From Gemmatimonadota bacterium (GTDB lineage: Bacteria; Gemmatimonadota; Gemmatimonadetes; Gemmatimonadales; GWC2-71-9), in the NCBI GenBank assembly GCA_039591655.1, contig JBDHDE010000005.1, forward strand, positions 11,021 to 75,020: a stretch of DNA of 64,000 nt, in the 5' to 3' direction. The stretch's first letter is position 1. Every line of letters starts with the position of its first letter. Under the pieces are notes generated by a model. It ran no database searches. It was given only the letters and a program-made list of their open reading frames with translations, and was not told the DNA's origin. A program made the position numbers and the translations under genes. Shown here in pieces: positions 7,590 through 19,629 of the stretch.

Positions 7590-9356
7590 ATGAAGTCCCA
7601 TTTCGGGCTCGTGATGCTCGCCCTGGTTTCCACGCCGGCGGCGGCACAGACCGATACCCTGGTTGGCATCCAGGACCTCTCGGCGCGAGAGCATAGGATG
7701 CAGTCTTTCGTGCTTCCCCGCGCGCAGCAGCTGCAGGTAGAGGCCGTGGGAGGCGAGCCGCGGGGCATGAGCGCCTTCGAGCGGTTCCTGAAGCACGGCA
7801 TCTTCATGAACAGGCACCGAGAGGACTTGGGGGACGTGTGGCCGGCGAACGCCTGGATTCTGGATGCCGGGACGCGGCGGGTGGTGTGGGAGCTGCGCAC
7901 CGCGCCGACGCGGGAGAAAGGAGGCGGACTCCGCATGTTCGAGGGGACGCTCCAGCTGCAGGCTGGGGCGTACGAGGTGCACTACGCGGCCCTCTACCCG
8001 GTCGCGGGGTTCGCTGGCGATGGGGATGACTGGCGCGCGCGAGGCTGGGACACGGTTTCCGACCTCGAGGGGCCGTATCTGGACGACGACCGCTATCGCG
8101 AATTCGGGATCGTGATCCGCGGGATGGGGTCGCGCGGCGCCGAGGGGGTGGCTGCGGAGGAGGGCGCTGCCGGGCCGCTCGTGGCGCTCAAGGGAGCGCA
8201 GGGCGAGGCGCGGGAACGGGTGGGCTTCGCGCTGGCGCGCACTACCGCGGTCGAGATCCGGGCGCTGGGTGAGGAGGTGGGCGATGAGTGGTTCGACTAC
8301 GGTTGGATCGACGACGCGGCCTCCGGAGAGACGGTGTGGACCTTTGGCGACGGAGCAGTGAGCCACGCTGGTGGGGCGAAGAAGAACCGGGTGGTGACGG
8401 ACCGGGTCACCCTGCCTGCGGGGCGCTACCTCGCCCATTATGTCACCGACGATTCTCACCAGGCGGGAGGTTGGAGCCAGGCCCCGCCCTACGACCCCTC
8501 GGCCTGGGGCCTCACGATTCGCGCGATCGACGCCGCCGCGGCCGCGCACGTCACGACGTTCCAGCACCAGCCCTTCCCCGCCGCCGCCGCCGTGATTGCG
8601 CTCACGGCTCTGGGTGACCGTGAGCTCGAGGCCCAACCATTCGTCGTCGAACGCCCGCTGGAGATCCGAATCTTCGCGCTGGGCGAAGGAACAGGTGAGA
8701 TGCACGATTACGGCTGGATCGTGGACGGTGCGGGACGTGCGATCTGGCGGATGGAGTACAGCGAGACGCGAAGCGCGGGAGGCGCCACCAAGAACCGCCT
8801 GTTCGATGGCACCATGCGCCTCGAGCCCGGCAGTTACACCGCCTATTTCATGACCGACGGCTCCCACTCGTTCGGGGGCGGCTTCAACGCATCCAGGCCG
8901 TTCGACGCAGAGCACTGGGGCATGACCATCCTCCCGGCAAACGGCGCCACGAAGCAGGACTTCGTTTTGGAGCAAGCGGACAAGCCCGACCCATCCGTCC
9001 TCGCCCGGATCGTCAAGGTGGGCGATGGGCGGCGGGAGGAGGCGCGGTTCCGCCTCACGCGGGACGGGAGCGTTCGGGTCCTGGCCATCGGCGAGGGGAG
9101 CGGCGAGATGTACGACTACGCCTGGATCGAGAACGCCGCGGGCAGCGTGGTGTGGCGCATGACGTACGAAGGGACCGAACACGCCGGCGGCGCTACCAAG
9201 AACCGGCGGGTGGACGAGGTGATCAGCCTCCCGGCGGGCGAGTACACAGTGCGTTACCGGAGCGACGGCTCGTACTCGTTCCGGGATTGGGACGCGGATC
9301 CGCCGGACGATCCGTTGAGTTGGGGGGTGACGGTGTCCAGGGTAGGAGGAGGCTAG
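7590..9356 (+). CDS. Secreted protein with four tandem ~130-aa repeats, function unknown
   Basis: Signal peptide (AAAQ); repeated GE..DYGWI...W...AGGA.KNR....L.AG.Y....TD.SH....P.D...WG motif. Confidence 0.85.
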   Translation: MKSHFGLVMLALVSTPAAAQTDTLVGIQDLSAREHRMQSFVLPRAQQLQVEAVGGEPRGMSAFERFLKHGIFMNRHREDLGDVWPANAWILDAGTRRVVWELRTAPTREKGGGLRMFEGTLQLQAGAYEVHYAALYPVAGFAGDGDDWRARGWDTVSDLEGPYLDDDRYREFGIVIRGMGSRGAEGVAAEEGAAGPLVALKGAQGEARERVGFALARTTAVEIRALGEEVGDEWFDYGWIDDAASGETVWTFGDGAVSHAGGAKKNRVVTDRVTLPAGRYLAHYVTDDSHQAGGWSQAPPYDPSAWGLTIRAIDAAAAAHVTTFQHQPFPAAAAVIALTALGDRELEAQPFVVERPLEIRIFALGEGTGEMHDYGWIVDGAGRAIWRMEYSETRSAGGATKNRLFDGTMRLEPGSYTAYFMTDGSHSFGGGFNASRPFDAEHWGMTILPANGATKQDFVLEQADKPDPSVLARIVKVGDGRREEARFRLTRDGSVRVLAIGEGSGEMYDYAWIENAAGSVVWRMTYEGTEHAGGATKNRRVDEVISLPAGEYTVRYRSDGSYSFRDWDADPPDDPLSWGVTVSRVGGG

Positions 9357-9578
9357 AGCCCCACAGGCGGAGACACCTGTTGTGAGCTGGAAGTGGCGCA
9401 TGGCCCCGGCGCTGGCAATTGCCGGATGGTTCGTTACCGGATTGGTCGGAACTCCACTGTGGGGCTCTGCGATTGGCGCTGTCTGCGGCTGGCTGGTTGG
9501 CTGGTACCTGGGGCGGGAATACCTGGATTGACGCCTTCTGAGGGCGACGCGGAGCATCTACCACAGGGAGGTTCCCAA

Positions 9579-9746
9579 GTGCGGGATATCATCGCGGGTG
9601 TGGTTCTGATCGCGATCGGTCTATTCTTTGGCGGGTCCGTCTTCTTGGGTGATTTCAGCCTATTCAACCTCATCTTCGACGGCCTCGGGACGTTCTTCAT
9701 CATCAAGGGTCTTATTGCTGTCTACAAGAGCAAACAGGCGTCCTGA
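9579..9746 (+). CDS. Small membrane protein
   Basis: GGAGG RBS, GTG start, 55 aa with two hydrophobic helices. Confidence 0.6.
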   Translation: MRDIIAGVVLIAIGLFFGGSVFLGDFSLFNLIFDGLGTFFIIKGLIAVYKSKQAS

Positions 9747-9752
9747 CCGCAG

Positions 9753-10964
9753 ATGACCGGATCTTCAGCAACCGAGTTGCCGTTAAGCGGGTACCGGGTG
9801 CTCGATCTTTCCCGGATACTCGCCGGCCCATACTGCACCATGATTCTCGGGGATCAGGGCGCCGAGGTGATCAAGGTGGAGCGGCCTGACTCCGGCGACG
9901 ACACGCGGAGCTGGGGACCTCCCTTCGCCGGCGGCGAGAGCGCTTACTACCTCTGCTGCAACCGAAACAAGAAGTCCATTGCCGTCGACCTCAAGCACCC
10001 CTCGGGCGCTGAGCTGGTGCGCGAGCTGGCCAAGGTCTCCGACGTCCTGGTCGAGAATTTCACCCCGGGACTCACGCAGCGCTTCGGGCTGGACTACGAG
10101 ACGCTCCGGGGCATTAATCCCCGGCTCGTGTACGCGTCCATCACCGCGTACGGGCAAGACGGCCCCTACCGGGATAGGCCGGGCTACGACATGGTGCTCT
10201 CCGCCGTCGGAGGGCTCATGTGGATCACCGGCGAGCGGGACGGGAACCCGTGCAAGGTGGGTGTGGCGATCACCGACGTGCTCACCGGCATCTATGCGTC
10301 GGGGGCGATCACCGCAGCGCTGCTGTGGCGGGAGCGCTCCGGCCGGGGCCAATACCTCGACATCAGTCTGCTCGACGCCCAGGTCTCCGCGCTCGCCAAC
10401 ATCGCCAGCAATTACCTAGTCGCGGGTCAGGAAGCGACGCGCTGGGGCACGGCCCACGAATCCATCATTCCCTATCAGGTGTTTCGCACCAAGGACCGGC
10501 CGATCGCCATCGCCGTGGCGAATCAGAAGCTGTGGGTCAACTTCTGCAAACTGGTCGGCAGGCCGCAGTGGCTGGAGGATCCGCGGTTCGAGTCCAACCC
10601 CAAGCGGGTCGAGCACCGCGAGGTGCTCCTTCCGCTCATCGACGAGCTGATGGCCCAGCGGACGTGTGACGAGTGGATGGAAGTGTTCGTGGAAGCGGCG
10701 ATCCCGTGCGGTCCAGTCAACGACATGGAACATCTCTTCGCTGACCCGCAGGTGCTGCACCGGGCCATGATCGCCGAAGTGCCGCACCCGACGATCGGGT
10801 CCCTCCGTCTCACTGGGACGCCGATCAAGTACTCAGAGACACCCGCAACCATCCGCCGCCATCCACCGCTCCTCGGCGAGCACACCGACGAGGTCTTGGC
10901 CGAGGTGCTGGAGTATCAGCCCGAGAGAATCGAGGCCCTCAGACAACAGCGCGCCATTCTGTAG
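9753..10964 (+). CDS. CaiB/BaiF family III CoA-transferase
   Basis: PLSGYRVLDLSRILAGPYCTMILGDQGAEVIKVERP, NRNKKS, DVLVENF, RPGYD, PPLLGEHTDEVL. Confidence 0.95.
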   Translation: MTGSSATELPLSGYRVLDLSRILAGPYCTMILGDQGAEVIKVERPDSGDDTRSWGPPFAGGESAYYLCCNRNKKSIAVDLKHPSGAELVRELAKVSDVLVENFTPGLTQRFGLDYETLRGINPRLVYASITAYGQDGPYRDRPGYDMVLSAVGGLMWITGERDGNPCKVGVAITDVLTGIYASGAITAALLWRERSGRGQYLDISLLDAQVSALANIASNYLVAGQEATRWGTAHESIIPYQVFRTKDRPIAIAVANQKLWVNFCKLVGRPQWLEDPRFESNPKRVEHREVLLPLIDELMAQRTCDEWMEVFVEAAIPCGPVNDMEHLFADPQVLHRAMIAEVPHPTIGSLRLTGTPIKYSETPATIRRHPPLLGEHTDEVLAEVLEYQPERIEALRQQRAIL

Positions 10965-10971
10965 CTCGGCA

Positions 10972-11949
10972 TCACTGTGGCGGGAGCATGCCAATACCGG
11001 GCTTTGGCTCCTTGGGACGGGCGATGCGCCGGAACTGGAAGCCAGCGATGTTGAGAGTCGGTAGGGCTCCGCACACCAGCACGGCCTGCCGCAGAATCAA
11101 TCCGCCGATCAGACCCAGTACGGCGCCGACGGCCACCACGAGCAGGTCGCTACCGGCACCGGGCCGGGCCATGGAGCGATACACGATCAACATCAGCATC
11201 AGGGGCGCGGCCAATCCCAGGATGAAGTAGCCGACGACGAACGAGCGCCTCCGCAAGATGCGCTCCGCCGACTCCCGCGAGTCGGGCAGCTTGTACGCCG
11301 CCTGAAGGAAGAAGACGATGGCAAGCACCTCCAGGGCCACCAACACGGCCGCTTCCAGGGCCATCGTCCGCAGTGACTCCGCAGTGGCGGCGGCCTCGTT
11401 GAAGAGCGTCATGCCCAGCATGATCGTGAAGTGACCCGTGACCAGCGCTGAGATCACGAAGACCACCGGAACCACCCCGGAACGCCAGAAGGGTATGCCC
11501 TTCGAGGCACCGAGCAGGATACCGGTATATGCCATCGTCATCACGGCAAACACGATTCCGGTGACGGCGATGACGGTCACGACCGTTCTGCCGCCAGAGG
11601 TCTGGCCGACGTCGGTGTACAAGTGCAGGATGAAGTGCAGCAACGCCAGGATCATGAAGATGCCGATGATCCAGAACCCCCGTGCGATCCACGACGACCC
11701 CGGTTTCATGCCGGACAGGAAGGCGCGGGTCGGTGAGCCGAGATCCGCAAGCAGGCAGATGCTGCCGATGAGGAGCGCCGGGAAGGCGATCCAGAGGCCC
11801 ACCGTCGTCGACGGTTCCGCACCATCACCGAGGAAGCCGTTGATGGCTGCGATGGTGTAGGCACCGGCTCCGACGCCGCCGAGAAAGAGATAGATCGCTA
11901 CGAGCCAACCCCACTCCGTCTGCAGCTGACCATCGACTTTCGGATCCAT
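10972..11949 (-). CDS. NrfD/PsrC-type membrane anchor
   Basis: WGWLVAIYLFLGGVGAG, DLGSP.R, SWIARG, YTGILL...IPFW; about 8 TM helices. Confidence 0.92.
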   Translation of the reverse strand: MDPKVDGQLQTEWGWLVAIYLFLGGVGAGAYTIAAINGFLGDGAEPSTTVGLWIAFPALLIGSICLLADLGSPTRAFLSGMKPGSSWIARGFWIIGIFMILALLHFILHLYTDVGQTSGGRTVVTVIAVTGIVFAVMTMAYTGILLGASKGIPFWRSGVVPVVFVISALVTGHFTIMLGMTLFNEAAATAESLRTMALEAAVLVALEVLAIVFFLQAAYKLPDSRESAERILRRRSFVVGYFILGLAAPLMLMLIVYRSMARPGAGSDLLVVAVGAVLGLIGGLILRQAVLVCGALPTLNIAGFQFRRIARPKEPKPGIGMLPPQ

Positions 11950-11953
11950 AGGC

Positions 11954-12580
11954 CTATCTCGGCGCGAGGTAGTAAACCTTGGGTTTGTTGCCGAGCTCCG
12001 GATGCAGCACTTCACCCCGGTGCCTCTTGATCAGGATGGAGACCTCGCTGTCCGGATCATCGAGATCGCCGAAGGTGCGCGCGACGGCCGGGCATGCCTC
12101 GACGCACGCCGGCTGCCTGCCGTCGGTGATTCTGTCCTTGCAGAAATCACACTTCGTCGCGACCCCACATCCGGACCGCTCCTCCCAGGCCTGCTTGGCG
12201 AATTCCTCATAGGGCGAGAGCGGCAGCCCTTCCGGGAAGTAGCTCTCCCACTTCGGGACCGTGTAACGCGCGCCGTAGGGACATGCCATGATGCAATACT
12301 TGCAGCCCATGCACTTATCCTTCTCCACAATCACGATGCCGTCGTCACGCTTGACGGTGGCGCCGGTGGGACACACCTCGAGGCATGACGGCTCGTCGCA
12401 CTGCATGCAGAGGACCGGCAAGGCCTGGCGGACGACATTGGGAAAGGTTCCCGTCTCGCCCTTGAGGAGCCGACACCAGAAGACCCCGGGCGGGGTGTGA
12501 TTCGCCACCTTGCACGCCATGACGCAAGCGTAGCAGCCGTAACACCTCTTGAGGTCAATGACCATTCCCCAGCGCGGCAT
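11954..12580 (-). CDS. 4x[4Fe-4S] electron-transfer subunit (NrfC/PsrB/DmsB family)
   Basis: CYGCYACVMAC, CMQCDEPSCLEVCP, CMGCKYCIMACP, KCDFC...PACVEACP. Confidence 0.95.
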   Translation of the reverse strand: MPRWGMVIDLKRCYGCYACVMACKVANHTPPGVFWCRLLKGETGTFPNVVRQALPVLCMQCDEPSCLEVCPTGATVKRDDGIVIVEKDKCMGCKYCIMACPYGARYTVPKWESYFPEGLPLSPYEEFAKQAWEERSGCGVATKCDFCKDRITDGRQPACVEACPAVARTFGDLDDPDSEVSILIKRHRGEVLHPELGNKPKVYYLAPR

Positions 12581-12591
12581 GGCTGTCTCCC

Positions 12592-15282
12592 CTAGCGACT
12601 TTTTGCTGGCTCCGCCCTATAGATCTTCACGCGGACGCATATGTCCTGGTTGAACGTGAGAGGATCGGTATGGGGCAGGTCCATCTCGACGAGGTCGTTG
12701 AAGAACGTGCCCTTCCCCTTGGCGATGGGCATATAGTTGCCCCAGTGACCCGCCACGGCCGCGATGGCGAGATGGTGGGGCTCGATCCCGTCCGTCGTGG
12801 CCACCCACCCTTTCACGCGGTGGCCCTTCGGGTTCTCCAGCCAGACGAAGTCGCCGTCCCCGATGCCCTTCGCAGCGGCAGTGTCCTTGTGCATCTGGAT
12901 CGAGTACACGTGCGGGTCTTCCTGGGAGCACTCGTCGAGGTATGGATTCTGCTGCGTCATCGAGTTGCAGTGCATGACCGCACGCCAGTAGAAGGCGTGC
13001 AGGTCGTACTCGGGGTCTGTCTCGGTGTGTGTCGGACAAGGATACCAGTCCGCCAGGGCCTTGAATCGTGACCAGTCCAGGTCGAAGAAATCCTGGCCGC
13101 CGAACTCGTTCCATAGTCTGTCGATCTGCTCCCCCGAGTCGATGAAGTACTCGAAGTAGATCGGCACCCTCGAAGGGTTGAACCACTTCCAGTAGACGTC
13201 TTCCTTCTTCTTCGGCCAGGTGAAGACACCCTTTTGCCTCACGTGCTCGAGGCCGTGCTCCTCGCCGAAGCGATCCTTGAGAAGGCGGTCGCAGACCTCT
13301 TCCCAGGTGTGTTCCACGCTGCCGTCTTCCACGAGCTTGTACTTCTCGTCCATCTCGCCGCCGTAGCGTACGCCGATCGAGTCATTCAGTCCCTTGTAGT
13401 ACTTGCCCAGGATGCCGAGTCGCTTGCAGATGTCCAGCATCACCTCGTTGAAGTCACGCCGCTCGTATAACGGCTCGATGACCGGCTGCCGGATCGACCA
13501 GCCCCAGTCATCCTCACCCTGCGGATGGGAGAACGTCGACGGGAAACTGACAGCCGGGGTGTAGCGTTCGAGGAAGCAGGTGTCAGGAAGCACGATGTCC
13601 GCGACCGCCTCCTCGAACTCCGTCACAAACAACTGGAACGAGAAAATGAAGTTGAACTTCTTCAGGAAATTCTCGGTCACCGCCTCAGCGTTCCCCATGG
13701 TCATCACCGAGTTGGAGCCGAAGTTGATCATGACGTCGGGCCTGTAGGGGATCTTGAAGCGCTCCAGCATCTCGAACCACCGTGGGCTCGTGATGGTGAA
13801 CGCGTTGTAGATCGATGTCGGGAACATGTCGTGCAGGTCCAGCCGGGTCGGGGGCTTCGGCACCCGCATCGGGTAGGGGACGTGATCGTAGACCCACGTC
13901 TTGACCACCATCAGGCCGTCGGGGCAGGGGTAGGGTACCTGGTCGGGCTTGCCGGTCTTCTCGTACCCGCTCCCGACCGCGGCCCCCAGACCGAACGCTC
14001 CCCCGTACGTATCGGCTGCGCCGACGATGTGGTTGACCATGTCGATGGCGAGGCAGGTCCAGCCGGAGTTGACGTGCCCCTGGCTGCCGCGGAAGAAGTG
14101 TGTCGCCACCGGACGCTTGGGGATCCTCTTCGGGCCCTTGCTCGTCTCGATGGTGACCGTGGCGCCGATTTCGGCGGCCTCGCCGAACTCCTTGGCGATT
14201 CGGCTCACGGTAGCCGCCGGCACCCACGTGACCTCCTCGACGTACTCCGGGGTGTACTGCCTGACGTGCTCCTTTAGCAGCTCGAAGGCCGGGCGGCACT
14301 GCACACCGTCTACCGTGTAGGTGCCCAAGAGCGCGACCTCGTTCGCCTCGTCCTCGCATTCCACTCGGGTCACCGACGCATCGTTGTGCACCTTGGGACA
14401 GTTGTCGACCGAGTCCCAGACTAGAGGCTTGTTGGTCTCCTTGTCCCGCATGTAACGCCCGTCCGAGGGCCGGATCAGGTACGGGGCGTTCGTCTTGTAC
14501 ATCAGGTATTCGGCGTCGTAGATGCCGTGTTCGTTGAGCAGGGAGTTGATCAGGCCCAGTGCCAGAGCGCCGTCGGTTCCGACCCGAACGGGCACCCACT
14601 CGTGAGCCTTGGAGGCCTGGGCACTCTGAAACGGATCGAAGACGATGTTCTTGAAGCCGCGGAACCGGGCGTCGGCGGCCTGGGTGGCGTTCTGCACAGC
14701 CACGTGCCCGGCACCGTGACCCTTGGAGCAACCGAAGTTCAGCGCGTAGTTGCAGTGCGCGAAGTCGGGGATGATCGACCACGCGGCGTGCATGATCCCG
14801 TTCATGAAGTGCGCGCCGTTGCCGCAATGCAGCCCGCCGCCGGAAACCCAGTAGTTGGGCGTTCCAAAGGCCTTCATGAACCCGATCACCCCAAACCGGA
14901 TCTCCGAAGCCTGGGTCGTGGTCGCCTGGAAATAGGCCCCTCGAGGGTCCTGCTCGCGGCACTCTTCCAGCTTCTTGACGATGATGTCGAGCGCCTCGTC
15001 CCAGGAGATACGCTGCCACTTCGGGTCGACGCCGAGGCCTTTGGCGGGATTGGTTCGCTTCAGGGGGTAGTTCACCCGATAGGGATCGTAGAGCAGGTGA
15101 GACGACGCGAGGCCCTTAACGCAGATCCGACCCCGCCCGCTCGGGGCATCGAGGTTTCCCGCGACTTCCGTCACGACACCGTTCTGCCGCCGGACCTTGA
15201 TGCCGCACATGCAGTAGCACTGCCCGCAACTAGTCGGGATCCAAACATCCTCCTTGAGCGGCTTCTGCGCGGTTACGGCCAT
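12592..15282 (-). CDS. Mo/W-bisPGD oxidoreductase catalytic subunit (DMSO reductase superfamily), no Tat signal
   Basis: CGQCYCMC...C FS0 motif beginning at residue 20, RVNYPLKRTNP, ISWDEALD, GTDGALAL, ADIVLPD..FLER, C-terminal dinucleotide-binding domain. Confidence 0.93.
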   Translation of the reverse strand: MAVTAQKPLKEDVWIPTSCGQCYCMCGIKVRRQNGVVTEVAGNLDAPSGRGRICVKGLASSHLLYDPYRVNYPLKRTNPAKGLGVDPKWQRISWDEALDIIVKKLEECREQDPRGAYFQATTTQASEIRFGVIGFMKAFGTPNYWVSGGGLHCGNGAHFMNGIMHAAWSIIPDFAHCNYALNFGCSKGHGAGHVAVQNATQAADARFRGFKNIVFDPFQSAQASKAHEWVPVRVGTDGALALGLINSLLNEHGIYDAEYLMYKTNAPYLIRPSDGRYMRDKETNKPLVWDSVDNCPKVHNDASVTRVECEDEANEVALLGTYTVDGVQCRPAFELLKEHVRQYTPEYVEEVTWVPAATVSRIAKEFGEAAEIGATVTIETSKGPKRIPKRPVATHFFRGSQGHVNSGWTCLAIDMVNHIVGAADTYGGAFGLGAAVGSGYEKTGKPDQVPYPCPDGLMVVKTWVYDHVPYPMRVPKPPTRLDLHDMFPTSIYNAFTITSPRWFEMLERFKIPYRPDVMINFGSNSVMTMGNAEAVTENFLKKFNFIFSFQLFVTEFEEAVADIVLPDTCFLERYTPAVSFPSTFSHPQGEDDWGWSIRQPVIEPLYERRDFNEVMLDICKRLGILGKYYKGLNDSIGVRYGGEMDEKYKLVEDGSVEHTWEEVCDRLLKDRFGEEHGLEHVRQKGVFTWPKKKEDVYWKWFNPSRVPIYFEYFIDSGEQIDRLWNEFGGQDFFDLDWSRFKALADWYPCPTHTETDPEYDLHAFYWRAVMHCNSMTQQNPYLDECSQEDPHVYSIQMHKDTAAAKGIGDGDFVWLENPKGHRVKGWVATTDGIEPHHLAIAAVAGHWGNYMPIAKGKGTFFNDLVEMDLPHTDPLTFNQDICVRVKIYRAEPAKSR

Positions 15283-15579
15283 GGGTCAACTCCTACCTGT
15301 CTCCTGCGAGGACGCTATGATGGATGTTCGGGAGGCTCAGGGACACACCTCCAAGAACGTATAGGAGCCCACACATGAAGACCGCGTGAAACCTGGCTGA
15401 ACGGGCGTGAGGTGGCGGGGTCGGGCTCACCAGGATGGTAAGTTGAGGTCCCTCAGTCACTTAGATGGCTGTGGGGCCGGGGGCTCCGGAGCGCTGCCAA
15501 CACTCGCCGTTGGTTATCTTCAGAACGCTGAGGAGTAGATGTTCTCCGAGGAGCATGCGCACACGGTCGGGCGGCTGCC

Positions 15580-17232
15580 ATGGATCTGTGGACTGCGTTA
15601 CTCGACATCCTGATCCTCCTGGGGGCCGCTATGCTCCTGGGGGCGTTGTGCGAGCGGCTCAAGCAGAGCGCCCTGCTCGGCTACCTGCTCGCCGGCACCC
15701 TGCTCGGCCCCAATGCTCTCAACGTCCTGCCCAGCTACGAGGCGGTGTCCACCATCGCCGAGCTAGGGATTGCCCTGCTCCTGTTCAGCATCGGTCTGGA
15801 GTTCTCGTGGCGACGGCTGCGCAGCGTGGGCGCCATCGCGGCCGGGGGCGGCACGCTGCAGATCCTGCTCACGGGTGCCGCCACCGTGCTGCTGTGCCGA
15901 CTGCTCGGCCTGGACGGTCCCGCCGCGCTGGCCATCGGTGCGGTCGTCGCTATGAGCAGCACGGCTGCCACGCTGCGGGTGCTGGCCGCCCGCCAGGAGA
16001 TCGATGCCGTGCACGGCCGCAACGCGCTCGGCATTCTCCTGCTGCAGGATGTGGCCGTCGTGCCGGCGGCACTGTTCGTGGCTGCGCTGGGGCTGGGCGG
16101 CGGGATCGCTCAGGTGGCGTGGGCCGTGGTGCAGGCGCTGGGGCTGGCCACGGTGCTGGCCGGCGCGCTCTACGTGGTGGTGAGTCACGTGCTCCCGAGG
16201 CTGCTGGGTGCGGCGCTCGTGGCCGCGAACCGCGACCTGTCCATCCTGCTCGCCATCGTGACGGTCACGGGGGCCGCGTGGCTGTCGCACGCGCTGGGGT
16301 TCTCACCCGTGCTGGGCACGTTCGTGGCGGGCATGGTGCTGGCGGAGTCGCCGTTCGCCGTGCAGATCCGCGCCGACATTGTGCCGCTTCACACCCTGTT
16401 CGTGACGCTCTTCTTCAGCGCGATCGGCATGCTGGCCAACCCGGGCTGGGCCGCTGAGCACTGGGCGCTGCTGGGCGGGGTCGTGCTGCTCATCGTGGTC
16501 GGCAAGACGGTCGCCACGGCCGGTGTGGTGCGCCTGTTCCGCATTCCCCCGGGGCAGTCGCTGGCCACGGGACTGGTCCTGGCGCAGCTGGGGGAGTTCT
16601 CGCTCGTACTCGCCATTCTGGCACGCGACAGCCAGATCATCAGCTTGAGCCTGTTCGACCTGCTGGTCGCCGCCATGATCGTGACCCTGTTCCTCACTCC
16701 CTACCTGGCAGCGCTCGCCCCGCGGCTGGCGATGGTGGTAGGACGGATCAAGACGCAGGAACATGGGGTGCTGACCGCGGCCGAGGCGGTGGCCGGGCAC
16801 GGCGAGGGCCTGAGCGGACACCTCGTCATCGTAGGGTTTGGGCCCGCGGGGCAGCGCGTGGCCGTGACGCTGATGGGGAGGGGTGACCTTGGGATCGTGG
16901 TCACCGACCTGAGTGCGAGCACGCTGGACCTGGCTCGCTCCTACGGTCTGCGGACGGTCGTGGGCGATGCAACGCGGGAGAGCGTGCTCGCGCGGCTGTA
17001 CATTCGCACCGCGGCGGCCGTCGCCATCACCCTGCCAGACCCTCGCGCCGCGCGTCAGGTGGTCCAGATGGTTCGTGCGCTGGCCCCCGACACGCGGATC
17101 GTTGTGAGGTCACGCTACCACGTGCACCGGTGGCAGCTCGACGTGGCGGGCGCGCACACGGTCGTGGACGAGGAGGACGAGGTGGGCGTGCGCATCGCGG
17201 CCGAGATCGGGGCGCTGCTGCCGGCGGGCTGA
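15580..17232 (+). CDS. CPA2 cation:proton antiporter with TrkA-N domain (Kef/YbaL-like)
   Basis: GYLLAGTLLGP, AELGIALLLFSIGLEFS, GILLLQD, LAQLGEFS, IVGFGPAG, GDATR. Confidence 0.93.
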   Translation: MDLWTALLDILILLGAAMLLGALCERLKQSALLGYLLAGTLLGPNALNVLPSYEAVSTIAELGIALLLFSIGLEFSWRRLRSVGAIAAGGGTLQILLTGAATVLLCRLLGLDGPAALAIGAVVAMSSTAATLRVLAARQEIDAVHGRNALGILLLQDVAVVPAALFVAALGLGGGIAQVAWAVVQALGLATVLAGALYVVVSHVLPRLLGAALVAANRDLSILLAIVTVTGAAWLSHALGFSPVLGTFVAGMVLAESPFAVQIRADIVPLHTLFVTLFFSAIGMLANPGWAAEHWALLGGVVLLIVVGKTVATAGVVRLFRIPPGQSLATGLVLAQLGEFSLVLAILARDSQIISLSLFDLLVAAMIVTLFLTPYLAALAPRLAMVVGRIKTQEHGVLTAAEAVAGHGEGLSGHLVIVGFGPAGQRVAVTLMGRGDLGIVVTDLSASTLDLARSYGLRTVVGDATRESVLARLYIRTAAAVAITLPDPRAARQVVQMVRALAPDTRIVVRSRYHVHRWQLDVAGAHTVVDEEDEVGVRIAAEIGALLPAG

Positions 17233-17277
17233 GCGCCGCGACGCGTATTCTTCTGGCGTCCTGACCGCTGCCGCCTA

Positions 17278-17676
17278 TCAGTCGGGCAGCGCGAGCGCGG
17301 CGTCTCCCAACACCAGGAGCTGGCGCCTGAGGTCGTTCACCAGCGGGTCCAGGCGGTCTGCCAGATCGTGGCGGACGGGGCCGTAGGCGCGTAGCTGCTT
17401 GGCCCCGAGCTCGTGGACCCGGGTGGCCCACACGTTGGCGGCTGCCTGGATGTGTTGCCTCGCGCCGTGGACCCGGCGCGGCGGCAGGTCGAGCTTTTCC
17501 ACCATCCGTTGGGCGCCGGCTTCCACCTCGTCCAGCGCCGCGCACAGTCGCTGAAACGACGCCTCGGGACGGCTCAACTCCGCCAACTGGCGCAACTGCG
17601 CGATGTCGTCCAGCAGGAGATGCACGTGAGTCGCCACGTGCCGCTTCTGGTTCTCGTTGAGCAGGCTCTGGGACAT
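17278..17676 (-). CDS. Hypothetical helical protein
   Basis: 132-aa ORF with natural amphipathic composition, fills the intergenic space. Confidence 0.65.
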   Translation of the reverse strand: MSQSLLNENQKRHVATHVHLLLDDIAQLRQLAELSRPEASFQRLCAALDEVEAGAQRMVEKLDLPPRRVHGARQHIQAAANVWATRVHELGAKQLRAYGPVRHDLADRLDPLVNDLRRQLLVLGDAALALPD

Positions 17677-17876
17677 GCCGGGAATGATAGCGGGCGACCG
17701 CGAGCCCCGTCACCGGCGGAGACTCCGGGGGGTGGCGGGCGTCGCTCCCGGCCCCCAAGATATCAGGCGTCCGCGGCCCGGCGATCCGCACCGCGATGCC
17801 GAAAAGCCGATCACGCGAGTCGCAGTAGGCAGTCTTCCGTGCGTCCCGCCGCACTGATCCGAAAGGACACCGCACC

Positions 17877-19625
<1,749 letters not shown>

Positions 19626-19629
19626 GGAG

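Noticed and set aside
15283..15470. Moco/Wco riboswitch upstream of the molybdoenzyme
   Set aside because: Only a short GCCTCCCG match; I could not build the conserved multi-stem fold by eye. An Rfam covariance search would decide.
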